Assembly (NCBI GenBank): GCA_963739295.1
Contig: CAVTZS010000014.1
Coordinates: 68,878-132,877 of the forward strand
Reading direction: 5' to 3'
DNA from: an uncultured delta proteobacterium
GTDB lineage: Bacteria; Desulfobacterota; Desulfobaccia; Desulfobaccales; 0-14-0-80-60-11
DNA length: 64,000 bases
Both the position numbers and the translations under genes were made by a program. Under the pieces are notes generated by a model. That model saw only the letters and a list, made by a program, of their open reading frames with translations. It made no database searches and was not told where the DNA came from. How positions within the stretch are numbered: the stretch's first letter is position 1; each line of letters begins with the position of its first letter. Below, one piece after another: positions 25,488-35,054 of this stretch.

Positions 25488-26849
25488 ATGGGGCCTTGGC
25501 TGACCATCCTGGCCTTGCTTCTTTTTAGCTTAGGGGCAAGCCAGGCCTCTTTAGCCTCCCCGCCCCTTACCCTGGGGGAGGCCATGCTCCTGGCCCTGAA
25601 GCACAATCCCGGCCTGAAGGCCGCCGGCCTGACCGTGGAAACCGCCGAAGCGGAGGTCGCCAAGGCCCGGGCCCGGTTCCTGCCCCAGATCAATTTCACC
25701 GAAAATTACGGCTTCTCCGACAACCCCTCCCAGGTCTTCATGAGCAAATTGAACCAACGGCGGTTCCAGGCTCAAGACTTCTTGTTGGATAACCTCAACA
25801 ATCCTAAGGCTTACGGCAACTTCCGCACCGGACTGACCATGATTCAGCCTCTGTTCCAGGCCGGGGAGGCTTACCTGGGTTATCAGCAGGCGCAGCTCCA
25901 GCGGGAGATGGCCGGAGCCCTGGTTTTGAGCGCGCGCCAGCACTTATTGTTCCAGGTGACCCAGGCCTACTTCGGCCTGCAACTGGCCCAGGGAAAATTG
26001 GCCGTGGTGACCCAGGCCCGGGACACGGCCGCGGTCCATCTGAAGCTGGCCGAAGGCCGGTTCGAGGCTGGCTCGGTGGTGCGGGCCGACGTGCTCTCGG
26101 CCCAGGTAAACCTGGCTCGCCTTACCCAGGAGGTGATGACCGCGCAGTCCCAGGTGGAGATCGGCCAGAGCGCCCTGGGTACGGTGCTGGGGGTGCCGGA
26201 GGCAGGTTCCCGGCCGCTGGCCACGGCTCCCCGAGAACCGGCCCCCCTGCCGCCCAGGCTGAAGGATTTGCAGGAGGGGGCCGGGCAGACGCGCCCGGAC
26301 CTGAAGCACTTGACCCTGGCGGCCCAGGTAGCCCAGCAGGAGTTTACCAAGTCGCGCCTTGGCTATCTCCCCCGGGTTAAGGTGGTGGCCGAATACGAGG
26401 TCGATCAGCGCCGCCTGTTCGGCAGCAGCGGCGACAGCTACACCATCCTGGCCGTGATGAACTTTAACCTGTTCAACGGCCTGGCCGACCTGGCCCGGAT
26501 GCGGGAGTCCCGGGCCAAGCAGGCTCAGGCCCAGGAGTTTAAGCAGGAACTGGAAGACCGCATCCGGCATCAGGTCAAGGAGGCGGTTCTCCACCTCAAG
26601 ACTGCCCATGAACGCCTGAAGGTGGCTAAGGTGGCGGTGGACCAGGCCCGGGAGGGTCTCCGGCTGATTCGCCTCAGGTACCAGGAAGGCCTGACCATCC
26701 TGGTGGAGCTGCTCACCGCGGAAAACGCCTTGAAAGATGCGGAGCTCTCCCGGGTGACCACCTTGTTTGACACCCACCTGGCCCAGGCCGGGCTGGAGCT
26801 GGCCCTGGGTACCCTTACCGGGCCCCCGTCGGATCAGGTAGCGAAATGA
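25488..26849 (+). CDS. TolC-type outer-membrane efflux protein
   Basis: Signal peptide MGPWLTILALLLFSLGASQASLA. Two OEP repeats with long coiled-coil segments. Start set at the ATG after ggaaggaga. Confidence 0.85.
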   Translation: MGPWLTILALLLFSLGASQASLASPPLTLGEAMLLALKHNPGLKAAGLTVETAEAEVAKARARFLPQINFTENYGFSDNPSQVFMSKLNQRRFQAQDFLLDNLNNPKAYGNFRTGLTMIQPLFQAGEAYLGYQQAQLQREMAGALVLSARQHLLFQVTQAYFGLQLAQGKLAVVTQARDTAAVHLKLAEGRFEAGSVVRADVLSAQVNLARLTQEVMTAQSQVEIGQSALGTVLGVPEAGSRPLATAPREPAPLPPRLKDLQEGAGQTRPDLKHLTLAAQVAQQEFTKSRLGYLPRVKVVAEYEVDQRRLFGSSGDSYTILAVMNFNLFNGLADLARMRESRAKQAQAQEFKQELEDRIRHQVKEAVLHLKTAHERLKVAKVAVDQAREGLRLIRLRYQEGLTILVELLTAENALKDAELSRVTTLFDTHLAQAGLELALGTLTGPPSDQVAK

Positions 26850-26943
26850 GGTAACTCCCAAATTAAGGTGGCACAGGCTTTCAGCCTATGCAGGCGCAGG
26901 CTGAAGCCTGCGGCTACATTTTTATTTTTCCTTTGGGCCCGTT

Positions 26944-28005
26944 ATGTCCAAAAAGAAACTGACAGGACTGATTGCCCTGGTGGCCGCGGCCCTGCTCTTC
27001 ATGTTGTGGCTGGCCGGCCTGCTCACCTGGGGCAAGATCGCCCCGGGCACGGTGGCCCTGAAGGCCCCGCCTCCCGCAGCCAGGGTATTCACCGTGCAGG
27101 AAGTGGAAATCCCCCAGGAACTCACCGCCCTGGGGACGGTCATCTCCAAGACCTTGACCCAGGTGTCCTCCCAGGTGCCGGGCCGGGTCAACCACGTCTG
27201 GGTGGAAGCCGGCTCCCGGGTGAAGGCGGGTGACCCCCTGGTGGGCCTGTCGGCGGAAGAGTTTCAGGCCCGAGTGAGCCAGGCCCAGGCCGGCGTGGCC
27301 CAGGCCCAGGCCCAACTGACCCGGGTGAACGCCGACTATCAGCGCTATCAGCGTCTGCTTAAGGAAGGGGCGGTCAGCCCCCAGGAGTTCGAGGCTATGG
27401 AGGCCCGTTACAAGTCGGCTCAGGCCGCTCTGGGCCAGGCCCAGGCCCAGGTTAAGGAGGCGGCCACCTTTAAGGGCTATACGGTGGTGCAAGCCCTCCG
27501 GGCCGGTATTGTGGCGGAGCGCAAGGTGGCCGTGGGCGACCTGGCCCAGCCCGGACAGGCCTTGCTCACCCTCTACGACCCCCGGGAACTCCAGGTGGAA
27601 GCCGAGGTCAATGACAGTTACCGTCCTGAGGTGCGCTTAGGGATGCCGGTGGCCGTGTCGGTGCCCAGCCTGGAGTGGCAGGCGGAGTCCGCCCTTGCTG
27701 AAATTTTTCCCATCAGCGCCCCGGGCAGCCGCACCTTCAAGGTACGCACCGGGCCGGTGGAGCACCCGCAACTGGTGCCGGGCCTGTTCGCCCGCCTGCA
27801 CCTTAAGGTGGGTGAAACCCGGGGGATTTTGATACCCAGGAATTACGTGCGCCAGATCGGCCAGCTCACCATGGTGGAGGTCCTGGAGGAAGGCCGCCCC
27901 ACCCTGAGGCAGGTGAAACTGGGGCGGCACCTCGATGAGAAGGTGGAGATCCTGGCGGGACTGAAACCCGGGGACCGCCTGGTCATAGAAACCGAGAAGC
28001 ACTAG
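26944..28005 (+). CDS. RND efflux periplasmic adaptor (MFP/HlyD family)
   Basis: 353 aa. N-terminal anchor, lipoyl/hairpin region (QAQAGVAQAQAQL..RYQRLLKEGAVS) and a beta-barrel C-terminus. Confidence 0.9.
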   Translation: MSKKKLTGLIALVAAALLFMLWLAGLLTWGKIAPGTVALKAPPPAARVFTVQEVEIPQELTALGTVISKTLTQVSSQVPGRVNHVWVEAGSRVKAGDPLVGLSAEEFQARVSQAQAGVAQAQAQLTRVNADYQRYQRLLKEGAVSPQEFEAMEARYKSAQAALGQAQAQVKEAATFKGYTVVQALRAGIVAERKVAVGDLAQPGQALLTLYDPRELQVEAEVNDSYRPEVRLGMPVAVSVPSLEWQAESALAEIFPISAPGSRTFKVRTGPVEHPQLVPGLFARLHLKVGETRGILIPRNYVRQIGQLTMVEVLEEGRPTLRQVKLGRHLDEKVEILAGLKPGDRLVIETEKH

Positions 28006-28160
28006 TGTGACGGTTCGTAAATTGTATGCTGGCAATTAAACCCTTAAGCTGAGTTTTATCAGGTATTAAGTCCCCCTTTATAAAAGGGGGGAACTAATCT
28101 GGACTTTTAATACCACGTTATTTATGAAACACGACGCCAGCACCTGAGATGCAATAATCT

Positions 28161-31100
28161 ATGGCCGCCAAGCCCGAAGAGGTCCATCTCGGATTAACCG
28201 CCCGCCTGGTTAAGGTTTTCCTGCTCTCCAAGCTGCCCACCATTTTTATCATCGTCAGTCTTTTTGCCGGCCTGGTGGCCCTGTGGTTCACCCCTCGGGA
28301 AGAAGACCCCCAGATCGTAGTCCCCATGATGGACGTGCTTATCCGCTTTCCCGGCGCCACCCCGGTGGAAGTGGAGAACCTGGTGGTCATCAACCTGGAA
28401 AAGAAGCTCTGGGAAATCGAGGGCATTGAAGACATCTACTCCCAGGCCCGGGAGGGCTTCGCGGTGGTCACCGCCAGGTTCAAGGTGGGAGAAGACCGGG
28501 AAAAGAGCCTGATCAAGCTCTACAACAAGGTGTTCTCCAACATCGACCAGGTGCCTTCCGGGGTGGCCGGCTGGGTGGTGAAGCCCAAAAGCATCGACGA
28601 CGTGCCCATCGTCACCCTGACCCTGTACAGCGACCAGGCTGACGATTATGAATTGCGCCGGGTGGCGGATGAAATCTTGCACCGCCTGCAGCGCATCCCG
28701 GACACGGCCGAGTCATATGTGGTGGGGGGACGTAGGCGCCAGGTGCGGGTAGTGGCGGACCAGGTGAAACTGGCGGCCCACGGCCTGGACCTGCTCGGAG
28801 TGGCCCAGGCCCTGGAAGTGAGCAATGTCAACTTGCCCGCGGGCCACTTTTCCCGCCAGGACCGGGAATACTGGGTGGAGGCCGGCCCCTTTTTGAAGTC
28901 GGCCGAGGAGGTGGCCCACCTCCTGGTGGCGGTGAACCAGGGGAAGCCGGTCTATCTTAGGGACGTAGCCCGGATTGAAGACGGGCCGGAAGAACCGGTG
29001 GAGCTGAGCCGCATCGGCTTTGGCCCCGCCGCTAAGTTACCTCCGGGAGAACCCCGGGGCCGCCTTTACCCTGCGGTCACCCTGGCCTTGGCCAAGCGCA
29101 CGGGGACCAATGCCGTCACCGTGGCCGAAGGTTTGCTGGAAAAGATCAGGGAGCTTAAAAAGGAGGTGGTCCCTGCCCACATCCAGGTGCAGGTCACTCG
29201 GAACTACGGGGAGACCGCCAATGAAAAGGTCAACGAACTCATCCGAGAGCTGTTCATCGCCATCCTGTCCATCACCGTGCTCCTGACCCTCTTCCTGGGG
29301 TGGCGGGAGGCCCTCATCGTGGCCCTGGCGGTGCCTTTGACGTTAGCCATCACCCTGTTGGGCAACATGCTCTTTGGTTATACCATTAACCGGGTTACCC
29401 TCTTCGCCCTGATCCTGTCTTTGGGGCTCCTGGTAGATGACCCCATCATCGACGTGGAAAACATCCACCGCCATTTCCAGCTCAAGGATTATCCCCCGCT
29501 GGAGGCCACCCTGGTGGCGGTGGATGAAGTGCGGGCCCCCACCATCCTGGCCACCTTCACGGTGATCATCAGCTTTATCCCCATGTTCTTTGTCACCGGC
29601 ATGATGGGGCCCTACATGCGCCCCATGCCATTGAACCTGCCCTTGGCCATGCTCATTAGCCTCATGGTGGCTTTCACCGTCACCCCTTGGGCCACCTACC
29701 ACCTGCTTAAAAAGGAATATGGCAAGGAAGCGAAGCCCTTTATCCTGGAGGAGACCTGGATTTACCGGGCCTACTCAGCCACCGTGCTGCCCCTCCTGGA
29801 AAGCCGGCGCAAGGCCCACCTCTTCCTCCTGGCCATCGTGGGGCTGTTCGCCATCTCCGTATTGCTGCCCATTTTCGGGGCGGTGCCCCTGAAGATGCTC
29901 CCCTTTGACAACAAAAATGAGCTCCTCCTGGTCACGGATATGCCGGATGACTCGCCCCTGGAGCGGACCCAGGCGGCCCTGGAGGATTTCGGGCTCTACC
30001 TGGCCACGGTGGCCGAGGTCCATAATTTCGTGACTTACGCCGGAGTGGCCGCGCCCATGGATTTCAACGGCCTGGTGCGGCATTACTACCTCAAGCGGGG
30101 CCCTAATGTGGGGGAAATCAGGGTCAATTTCGCGGGCAAGGGCGAGCGGCAGGCCGGCAGCCATGAAATCGCCCTGCGGATGCGGCCCGTCCTGCAAGCC
30201 CTGGCCCAAAAGCACCACATCCGGCTCAAGATCGTGGAAACGCCCCCAGGCCCGCCGGTGCTCCAAACCCTGGTGGGGGAGGTCTTCGGTCCCCCGGGCA
30301 CGCCTTACTCCCGGCTGATTAAGGAGGCCCTGCAGGTGAAACAGGATTTCCTGGAGATTCCAGGGGTGGTGGACGTGGACACCTCGGTGGAAACGGACCA
30401 GCCCCGCTACCGGTTCCTCACGGACCGCCAGAAGGCTGCCTTGAACGGCCTGAGTACCTCGCAGATCGCCCGGAGCGTGGCCATGGCCGAGGCCGGGGAG
30501 ACAGTGGGCCGGGTCCACCTGGACACCGAACGCTATCCCCTGGACATCTTCCTACGTTTGCCGGTCCCCGGGCGCTCCTCCGTCCTGGACCTGGGACAGC
30601 TTTACCTCAAGACCCCCACTGGCGCCCAGGTGCCGCTCCAGGAACTGGGGACCTTCGCCCCCGGGCTGCTGGAAAAATCCATCATGCGCAAGAACCTGGA
30701 GCGCTTGGTGTACGTCACCGGTGACACCGCGGGCTTGAGCCCGGTGAATGCGATTTTGGCTCTGATGGGCCAAGTCAACCGCCACCCCCTGCCTCCCGGG
30801 TTCAAGGTGAACTGGCGGGGCGAGGGGGAATGGAAGATTACCGTGGATGTCTTCCGGGACCTGGGGATCGCCTTCCTGGGGGCTCTCCTCGGCATTTATA
30901 TCCTTCTGATCATTCAGACCGGGTCCTACACCATGCCCCTGGTAATCATGGTGGCCATACCGCTGACCCTCATCGGGGTAATGCCCGGATTTACTTTGCT
31001 CAATCTCTTGTTTGCCGGAAAAGTAGGGCAGTACCAGAACTTCATCTATTTCACCGCCACGGCCATGATCGGCTTGATCGCCCTGGCCGGCATCGTGGTG

Positions 31101-31409
31101 CGGAACTCCATTATTTTGCTGGACTTTATCCATCACAACCTGGATAGGGGGGTGCCCCTTAAGGAAGCGGTGATCCGCTCGGGCGCCATACGTTTCCGGC
31201 CCATCCTGCTCACCGCGGCCTCAGCCATGTTCGGCTCCTGGGTCATCACCCTGGACCCCATCTTCTCCGGGTTGGCCTGGTCCTTCATCTTCGGCCTGTT
31301 GGCCTCCACCCTCTTCACCCTAGTGGTGGTACCGGTGATCTTTTATTTGCTGGCGTCCAGGAAGGGTGTGGATGGAGAGGGCCAGGGATCGCAGATCCCT
31401 GCCTCCTAA
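28161..31409 (+). CDS. RND efflux permease (AcrB/CzcA superfamily)
   Basis: 1082 aa with 12-TM, two-large-loop architecture. Contains the LGLLVDDPIIDVENI motif in TM4. Confidence 0.9.
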   Translation: MAAKPEEVHLGLTARLVKVFLLSKLPTIFIIVSLFAGLVALWFTPREEDPQIVVPMMDVLIRFPGATPVEVENLVVINLEKKLWEIEGIEDIYSQAREGFAVVTARFKVGEDREKSLIKLYNKVFSNIDQVPSGVAGWVVKPKSIDDVPIVTLTLYSDQADDYELRRVADEILHRLQRIPDTAESYVVGGRRRQVRVVADQVKLAAHGLDLLGVAQALEVSNVNLPAGHFSRQDREYWVEAGPFLKSAEEVAHLLVAVNQGKPVYLRDVARIEDGPEEPVELSRIGFGPAAKLPPGEPRGRLYPAVTLALAKRTGTNAVTVAEGLLEKIRELKKEVVPAHIQVQVTRNYGETANEKVNELIRELFIAILSITVLLTLFLGWREALIVALAVPLTLAITLLGNMLFGYTINRVTLFALILSLGLLVDDPIIDVENIHRHFQLKDYPPLEATLVAVDEVRAPTILATFTVIISFIPMFFVTGMMGPYMRPMPLNLPLAMLISLMVAFTVTPWATYHLLKKEYGKEAKPFILEETWIYRAYSATVLPLLESRRKAHLFLLAIVGLFAISVLLPIFGAVPLKMLPFDNKNELLLVTDMPDDSPLERTQAALEDFGLYLATVAEVHNFVTYAGVAAPMDFNGLVRHYYLKRGPNVGEIRVNFAGKGERQAGSHEIALRMRPVLQALAQKHHIRLKIVETPPGPPVLQTLVGEVFGPPGTPYSRLIKEALQVKQDFLEIPGVVDVDTSVETDQPRYRFLTDRQKAALNGLSTSQIARSVAMAEAGETVGRVHLDTERYPLDIFLRLPVPGRSSVLDLGQLYLKTPTGAQVPLQELGTFAPGLLEKSIMRKNLERLVYVTGDTAGLSPVNAILALMGQVNRHPLPPGFKVNWRGEGEWKITVDVFRDLGIAFLGALLGIYILLIIQTGSYTMPLVIMVAIPLTLIGVMPGFTLLNLLFAGKVGQYQNFIYFTATAMIGLIALAGIVVRNSIILLDFIHHNLDRGVPLKEAVIRSGAIRFRPILLTAASAMFGSWVITLDPIFSGLAWSFIFGLLASTLFTLVVVPVIFYLLASRKGVDGEGQGSQIPAS

Positions 31410-31460
31410 AGTTTTTGGCCGGGGAAGGGCCGCGGGACCTCAGGACCCTGAGCCTCCCGC
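31382..31460. repeat. B-type hairpin modules overlapping the RND gene 3' end
   Basis: ggagagggccagggatcgcagatccctgcctcc (31376-31406) encodes the last residues EGQGSQIPAS of the RND protein. A second degenerate copy follows the stop. Confidence 0.6.
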
Positions 31461-31478
31461 CGCCTCATTTCCCCCATT

Positions 31479-31862
31479 CTACGCCTTCTTCAAGGCGATG
31501 GCGTCCATCTCCAGGGCCGCTCCCCGGGGCAGGCCCGCGGCCTGAATGGTGGTGCGGGCCGGGGGGTGCTGGGGGAAGAATTCGGCATAGGCCCGGTTGA
31601 ACTCCTGGAAATCGGCCAAATCCGCCAGGTAGATGGTGGTTTTAATCACATCCTTTAAGGACAGCCCGGCCACGGCCAGGATGGCCTTAAGGTTGGCGAC
31701 CACCTGGCAGGTCTGGACCACGATATCCCCTGGCACCATCTGCCCGGTGGGATCCAGGGGAATCTGCCCGGATACAAAGACAAAGGGGCCCGCGGCCAGG
31801 GCCTGGCTGTAAGGGCCGATGGCAGCCGGGGCTTGATCCGTACTGATGACCACTTTCTTCAT
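31479..31862 (-). CDS. ridA: RidA/YjgF family reactive-intermediate deaminase
   Basis: 127 aa. Contains APAAIGPYSQA, FVSGQIPLDP and PARTTIQAAGLPRGAALEMDAIA. Confidence 0.9.
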   Translation of the reverse strand: MKKVVISTDQAPAAIGPYSQALAAGPFVFVSGQIPLDPTGQMVPGDIVVQTCQVVANLKAILAVAGLSLKDVIKTTIYLADLADFQEFNRAYAEFFPQHPPARTTIQAAGLPRGAALEMDAIALKKA

Positions 31863-31983
31863 GGCGTCTTCTTCCTTCCACTGAAATTTGCGGGTCCTAG
31901 AAATTACCGCGGTTTTCCGGAACCGGGATAAAACTCTTGAAGAATGCCCGGGATTTTGTTAATGGTAACGAAAAACCAGGAGG

Positions 31984-32259
31984 ATGGCGATGGGGCTGTG
32001 GTTGAAGTGTCCGGGGTGCCAAGCGAAAAATCCACTTTATCTTAAGGTCTGTGGCCAATGCGGCAAGTCGCTGGATAATCTCCCCCCGGAGAAGCGAGTG
32101 TATGTGGTGGAGGAAAGCCCCCTGGCCACCCCCCAGGCACCTCCGTCTGCCCCTCCGGTGGAGGTCGCCAAAACCCCCGTCGCCAGGCCCAAACCTCCCC
32201 CCCCGGCCGCACCCAAAGCAGAGAAGAAGCCTAAACGCCCCAAAAAGAAAAAAGGTTGA
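31984..32259 (+). CDS. Small zinc-ribbon protein with a Pro-rich, Lys-rich tail
   Basis: 91 aa. CPGC..(12)..CGQC zinc ribbon, followed by PPSAPPVEV..KPPPPAAPKAEKKPKRPKKKKG. Confidence 0.5.
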   Translation: MAMGLWLKCPGCQAKNPLYLKVCGQCGKSLDNLPPEKRVYVVEESPLATPQAPPSAPPVEVAKTPVARPKPPPPAAPKAEKKPKRPKKKKG

Positions 32260-32268
32260 GGGCCGAGC

Positions 32269-33159
32269 TTAAGGCGCCTCTTTAATCACTTCCAGCAGCA
32301 GCGAAACCAGGTGGGGCTCGGCCCGGGCCACCGTGGCCAGGATTTCTTCTATAGAAATAGGGGCCATGGCGTCCGGCAGGTTGACATTGCTGAGGATGGA
32401 AACCCCCAGGACCCGAAGCCCCGCATGCACCGCACAGATGGCCTCGGGGACCGTGGACATGCCCACCGCATCCGCGCCCAGGGTGCGCAGGAGGCGGGTC
32501 TCGGCCGGGGTTTCCAGGCTGGGCCCCTTCACCGCCACATAGACTCCCTTTCTCAGAATCAGGCTTTGGCGGCGGGCCACTTCCTCGGCCACTTCCCGCA
32601 AGTTCAGGTCATAGACCTGGCTCAGGTCAGGAAAGCGCGGGCCCCATTCCTCGATATTTGCACCCACCAGGGGATTGTCGCCCATGAAGTTGATGTGATC
32701 GCAGATGAGCATCAGTTCGCCGGCCTTAAAAAGAGGATTAAGGCCGCCGGCAGCATTGGTTAAAACCAGGGTTTTTATGCCCAAGGCCGCCATCAGCCGC
32801 ACGGTGAAGGTCGCCTGGAGCAGGGAATAGCCTTCATAGGCATGGATCCGTCCCTGACCCAGGAGGGCTGGCTTACCCGCCAGCCGTCCCCAGTAAAGAC
32901 GCCCCTGATGGCCGGGACTGGTGGCTCGGGGAAAATGGGGGAGTTCCTGATAATCGAGATAGTCGCTTTCTTCCAATTGCTCCGCCAGGAGCTTCTGGCC
33001 AGTTCCCAGGATCACGCCCCACTCCGGGGAGAGGGTAAGCTGCGGCGCCACGAACCGCCGGCATTCCTCCACTTGCTGCACGTAGTGCCGATTTGACAAG
33101 ATCTCTCCTTCTGCCGATGATAATAGCGTTAGCATAAGCCGGTTTTCCGGCTTCGTCAA
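32269..33159 (-). CDS. Purine nucleoside phosphorylase (trimeric PNP / PunA type)
   Basis: GRIHAYEGYSLLQATFTVRLMAALGIKTLVLTNAAGGLNP and MLICDHINFMGDNPL match the PNP family-2 signature. Confidence 0.85.
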   Translation of the reverse strand: MTKPENRLMLTLLSSAEGEILSNRHYVQQVEECRRFVAPQLTLSPEWGVILGTGQKLLAEQLEESDYLDYQELPHFPRATSPGHQGRLYWGRLAGKPALLGQGRIHAYEGYSLLQATFTVRLMAALGIKTLVLTNAAGGLNPLFKAGELMLICDHINFMGDNPLVGANIEEWGPRFPDLSQVYDLNLREVAEEVARRQSLILRKGVYVAVKGPSLETPAETRLLRTLGADAVGMSTVPEAICAVHAGLRVLGVSILSNVNLPDAMAPISIEEILATVARAEPHLVSLLLEVIKEAP

Positions 33160-33241
33160 TGGCTGAGAGGACCCTTCCCCGCTTTATTCTTGACAGTTGG
33201 CACTTAACCATTTAACAAATAGGGGTATGGGAAATGGGAAA

Positions 33242-33649
33242 ATGGGCCGGCCCCGAAAATGCCGTTGGGTGGAGATGGTGCCGGAGGTGACCTTTTTTAA
33301 GCCCCGGGGGATTCCTTTGAGGCTCCTGGAAATGACGGTGATCACCGTGGATGAACTTGAGGCCATGCGCTTGGCGGACCATCTGGAGATGACCCAGAAC
33401 CAGGTGGCCCAAAAAATGCAAGTTTCGCGCCCTACCGTGACCCGGATGTTGGCCCGGGCCCGGAAGGCGGTGGCCGACGCCTTGGTGAACGGCAAGGCGA
33501 TCCTCATCGAGGGAGGGGACTACTGCCTGGGTCAGCAAGACTTCCCCTGCCGCGTCTGTGGCCAGCCGTGGACCGACTTGGCGGAGGAGGCGTCCCCGGA
33601 GGTCTGCTCCTGTTGCCTGGAGCCGGTGAAGGACCCGGAGAAGCCATAA
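33242..33649 (+). CDS. DUF134 (UPF0251) DNA-binding-like protein with a Cys-rich C-terminal extension
   Basis: MGRPRKCRWV..FKPRGIP..DELEAMRLADHLEMTQNQVAQKMQVSRPTVTRML is the DUF134 core. The tail is C-x2-C..C-x-CC. Start trimmed to MGRPRK. Confidence 0.8.
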   Translation: MGRPRKCRWVEMVPEVTFFKPRGIPLRLLEMTVITVDELEAMRLADHLEMTQNQVAQKMQVSRPTVTRMLARARKAVADALVNGKAILIEGGDYCLGQQDFPCRVCGQPWTDLAEEASPEVCSCCLEPVKDPEKP

Positions 33650-33732
33650 GGTCGTAAGAAGCACCAAGCGAATTTCCTGGCACCCCACCGGGTTACCCGG
33701 CCCGGAAACCTTTTAGGGGGAGGATAGAGGGA

Positions 33733-34776
33733 GTGGCCGAAGTCATCACCTATAAGGATGCTGGAGTCGATATCGATAAGGCCGAAGCCTTCCTTAAGAA
33801 CATTCGACCCCTGGTGAAATCCACCCACCGCACCGGGGTCCTGGGGGAGATCGGTGGGTTTGGCGGTTTGTTCCACCTGGGCGGGGAGAAATATCACGAT
33901 CCCGTGCTGGTCTCCGCCACCGACGGGGTGGGGACCAAGATTAAAATCGCCATCCTCATGGACCGCCATGATACCATCGGCATCGACCTGGTGGCCATGT
34001 GCGTCAATGATATCATCGTCCACGGAGCCACGCCCCTGTTCTTTCTGGACTACCTGGCCATGGGGCAACTCTCTGCCGAAACCGCCATCCAAATCATTGA
34101 AGGCATCACCCACGGCTGCCGCCAGGCCCGCTGTTCCTTGATCGGCGGAGAAACCGCGGAAATGCCCGGCATTTATCAGCCTGGGGATTATGACCTGGCT
34201 GGCTTTGTGGTGGGCGTGGTGGAGCGGGACCATATCATCGATGGCTCGGAGATCGCGGTGGGACACCGCCTCATCGGCATCGCCTCCAGCGGTCTGCACT
34301 CCAACGGCTTCTCCCTGGTGCGCAAGGTGCTCTTGGAACGCCAGGGCTATACGGTCAAAGACGAGATTCCGGAGTTGGGCACTTCCTTGGGAGAAGAACT
34401 TCTGAAGCCCACCCGCATTTATGCCGACACCGTGATGAACCTGTTGCGGGATTTCCCCTTGAGCGGCCTCAGCCACATCACCGGCGGCGGCCTAACCGAC
34501 AATGTGCCGCGTATTCTGCCCAAGTCCTGCCGGGCGGTGCTCCACCTGAATTCCTGGCCCGTGCCCCCCATCTTCCGCTTCCTGCAAGAGAAAGGGAACA
34601 TCCCCGAAGAGGAGATGCTGCGCACCTTCAATAACGGCATCGGCCTGGTAGCAGTGGTGGATGAGGACCTGGTGGCCGATGTGCTGCTGCGGCTCCAGGG
34701 CCTGAACGAAAAGGCTTATGTCATCGGGGAAATTTTGGCCCGCAAGAACGACGAGCCGCCGCTGGTTTATGTGTAA
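33733..34776 (+). CDS. purM: Phosphoribosylformylglycinamidine cyclo-ligase (AIR synthetase)
   Basis: 347 aa with a GTG start. Contains SATDGVGTKIKIA, GGETAEMPG and SGLHSNGFSL. Confidence 0.95.
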   Translation: MAEVITYKDAGVDIDKAEAFLKNIRPLVKSTHRTGVLGEIGGFGGLFHLGGEKYHDPVLVSATDGVGTKIKIAILMDRHDTIGIDLVAMCVNDIIVHGATPLFFLDYLAMGQLSAETAIQIIEGITHGCRQARCSLIGGETAEMPGIYQPGDYDLAGFVVGVVERDHIIDGSEIAVGHRLIGIASSGLHSNGFSLVRKVLLERQGYTVKDEIPELGTSLGEELLKPTRIYADTVMNLLRDFPLSGLSHITGGGLTDNVPRILPKSCRAVLHLNSWPVPPIFRFLQEKGNIPEEEMLRTFNNGIGLVAVVDEDLVADVLLRLQGLNEKAYVIGEILARKNDEPPLVYV

Positions 34777-34800
34777 GGAATGAAGTTCTTGGCCCGGAGG

Positions 34801-34866
34801 GATCTAAGGGGCGCAGGCTCTTACCCCTCTCCCCCCCCTCTCACCCCCCCATCCCCTGGTTTTGGG
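34801..34866. repeat. G/C-rich element fragment (A-like)
   Basis: ggcccggagggatctaaggggcgcaggctcttacccctctcccccccctctcaccccccc, after the purM stop. Confidence 0.45.
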
Positions 34867-34925
34867 GTGGAAATTATTTAGGCAATCACCCTCCTTGTAT
34901 AACTTCGCACAAATATCACTTTTCC

Positions 34926-34954
34926 TTGACAATTGACTCGTAAAAGGTAAAAAT
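34926..34954 (+). promoter_or_regulatory. Sigma70-like promoter upstream of panCD (TTGACA - 16/17 nt - TAAAAA/AAAAAT)
   Basis: ttgaca at 34926-34931 and taaaaat at 34948-34954. Confidence 0.45.
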
Positions 34955-35026
34955 CAGAACAAGTATTACAAGCAGAGCTTGGATCCGGTTTGGGACGGAC
35001 TGAGACTCGGTGGGTGGAGTGTTATA

Positions 35027-35054
35027 CCCCCGGAGGATCAGCCGGGTTTTTTTT
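35027..35054 (+). terminator. Terminator-like hairpin plus U8 abutting the panC start codon (leader attenuator candidate)
   Basis: cccgg-aggatcag-ccggg (35029-35046) is followed by tttttttt (35047-35054) and then the ATG at 35055. An upstream ccgg/ggatcc segment (34981-34990) could pair alternatively. Confidence 0.4.
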
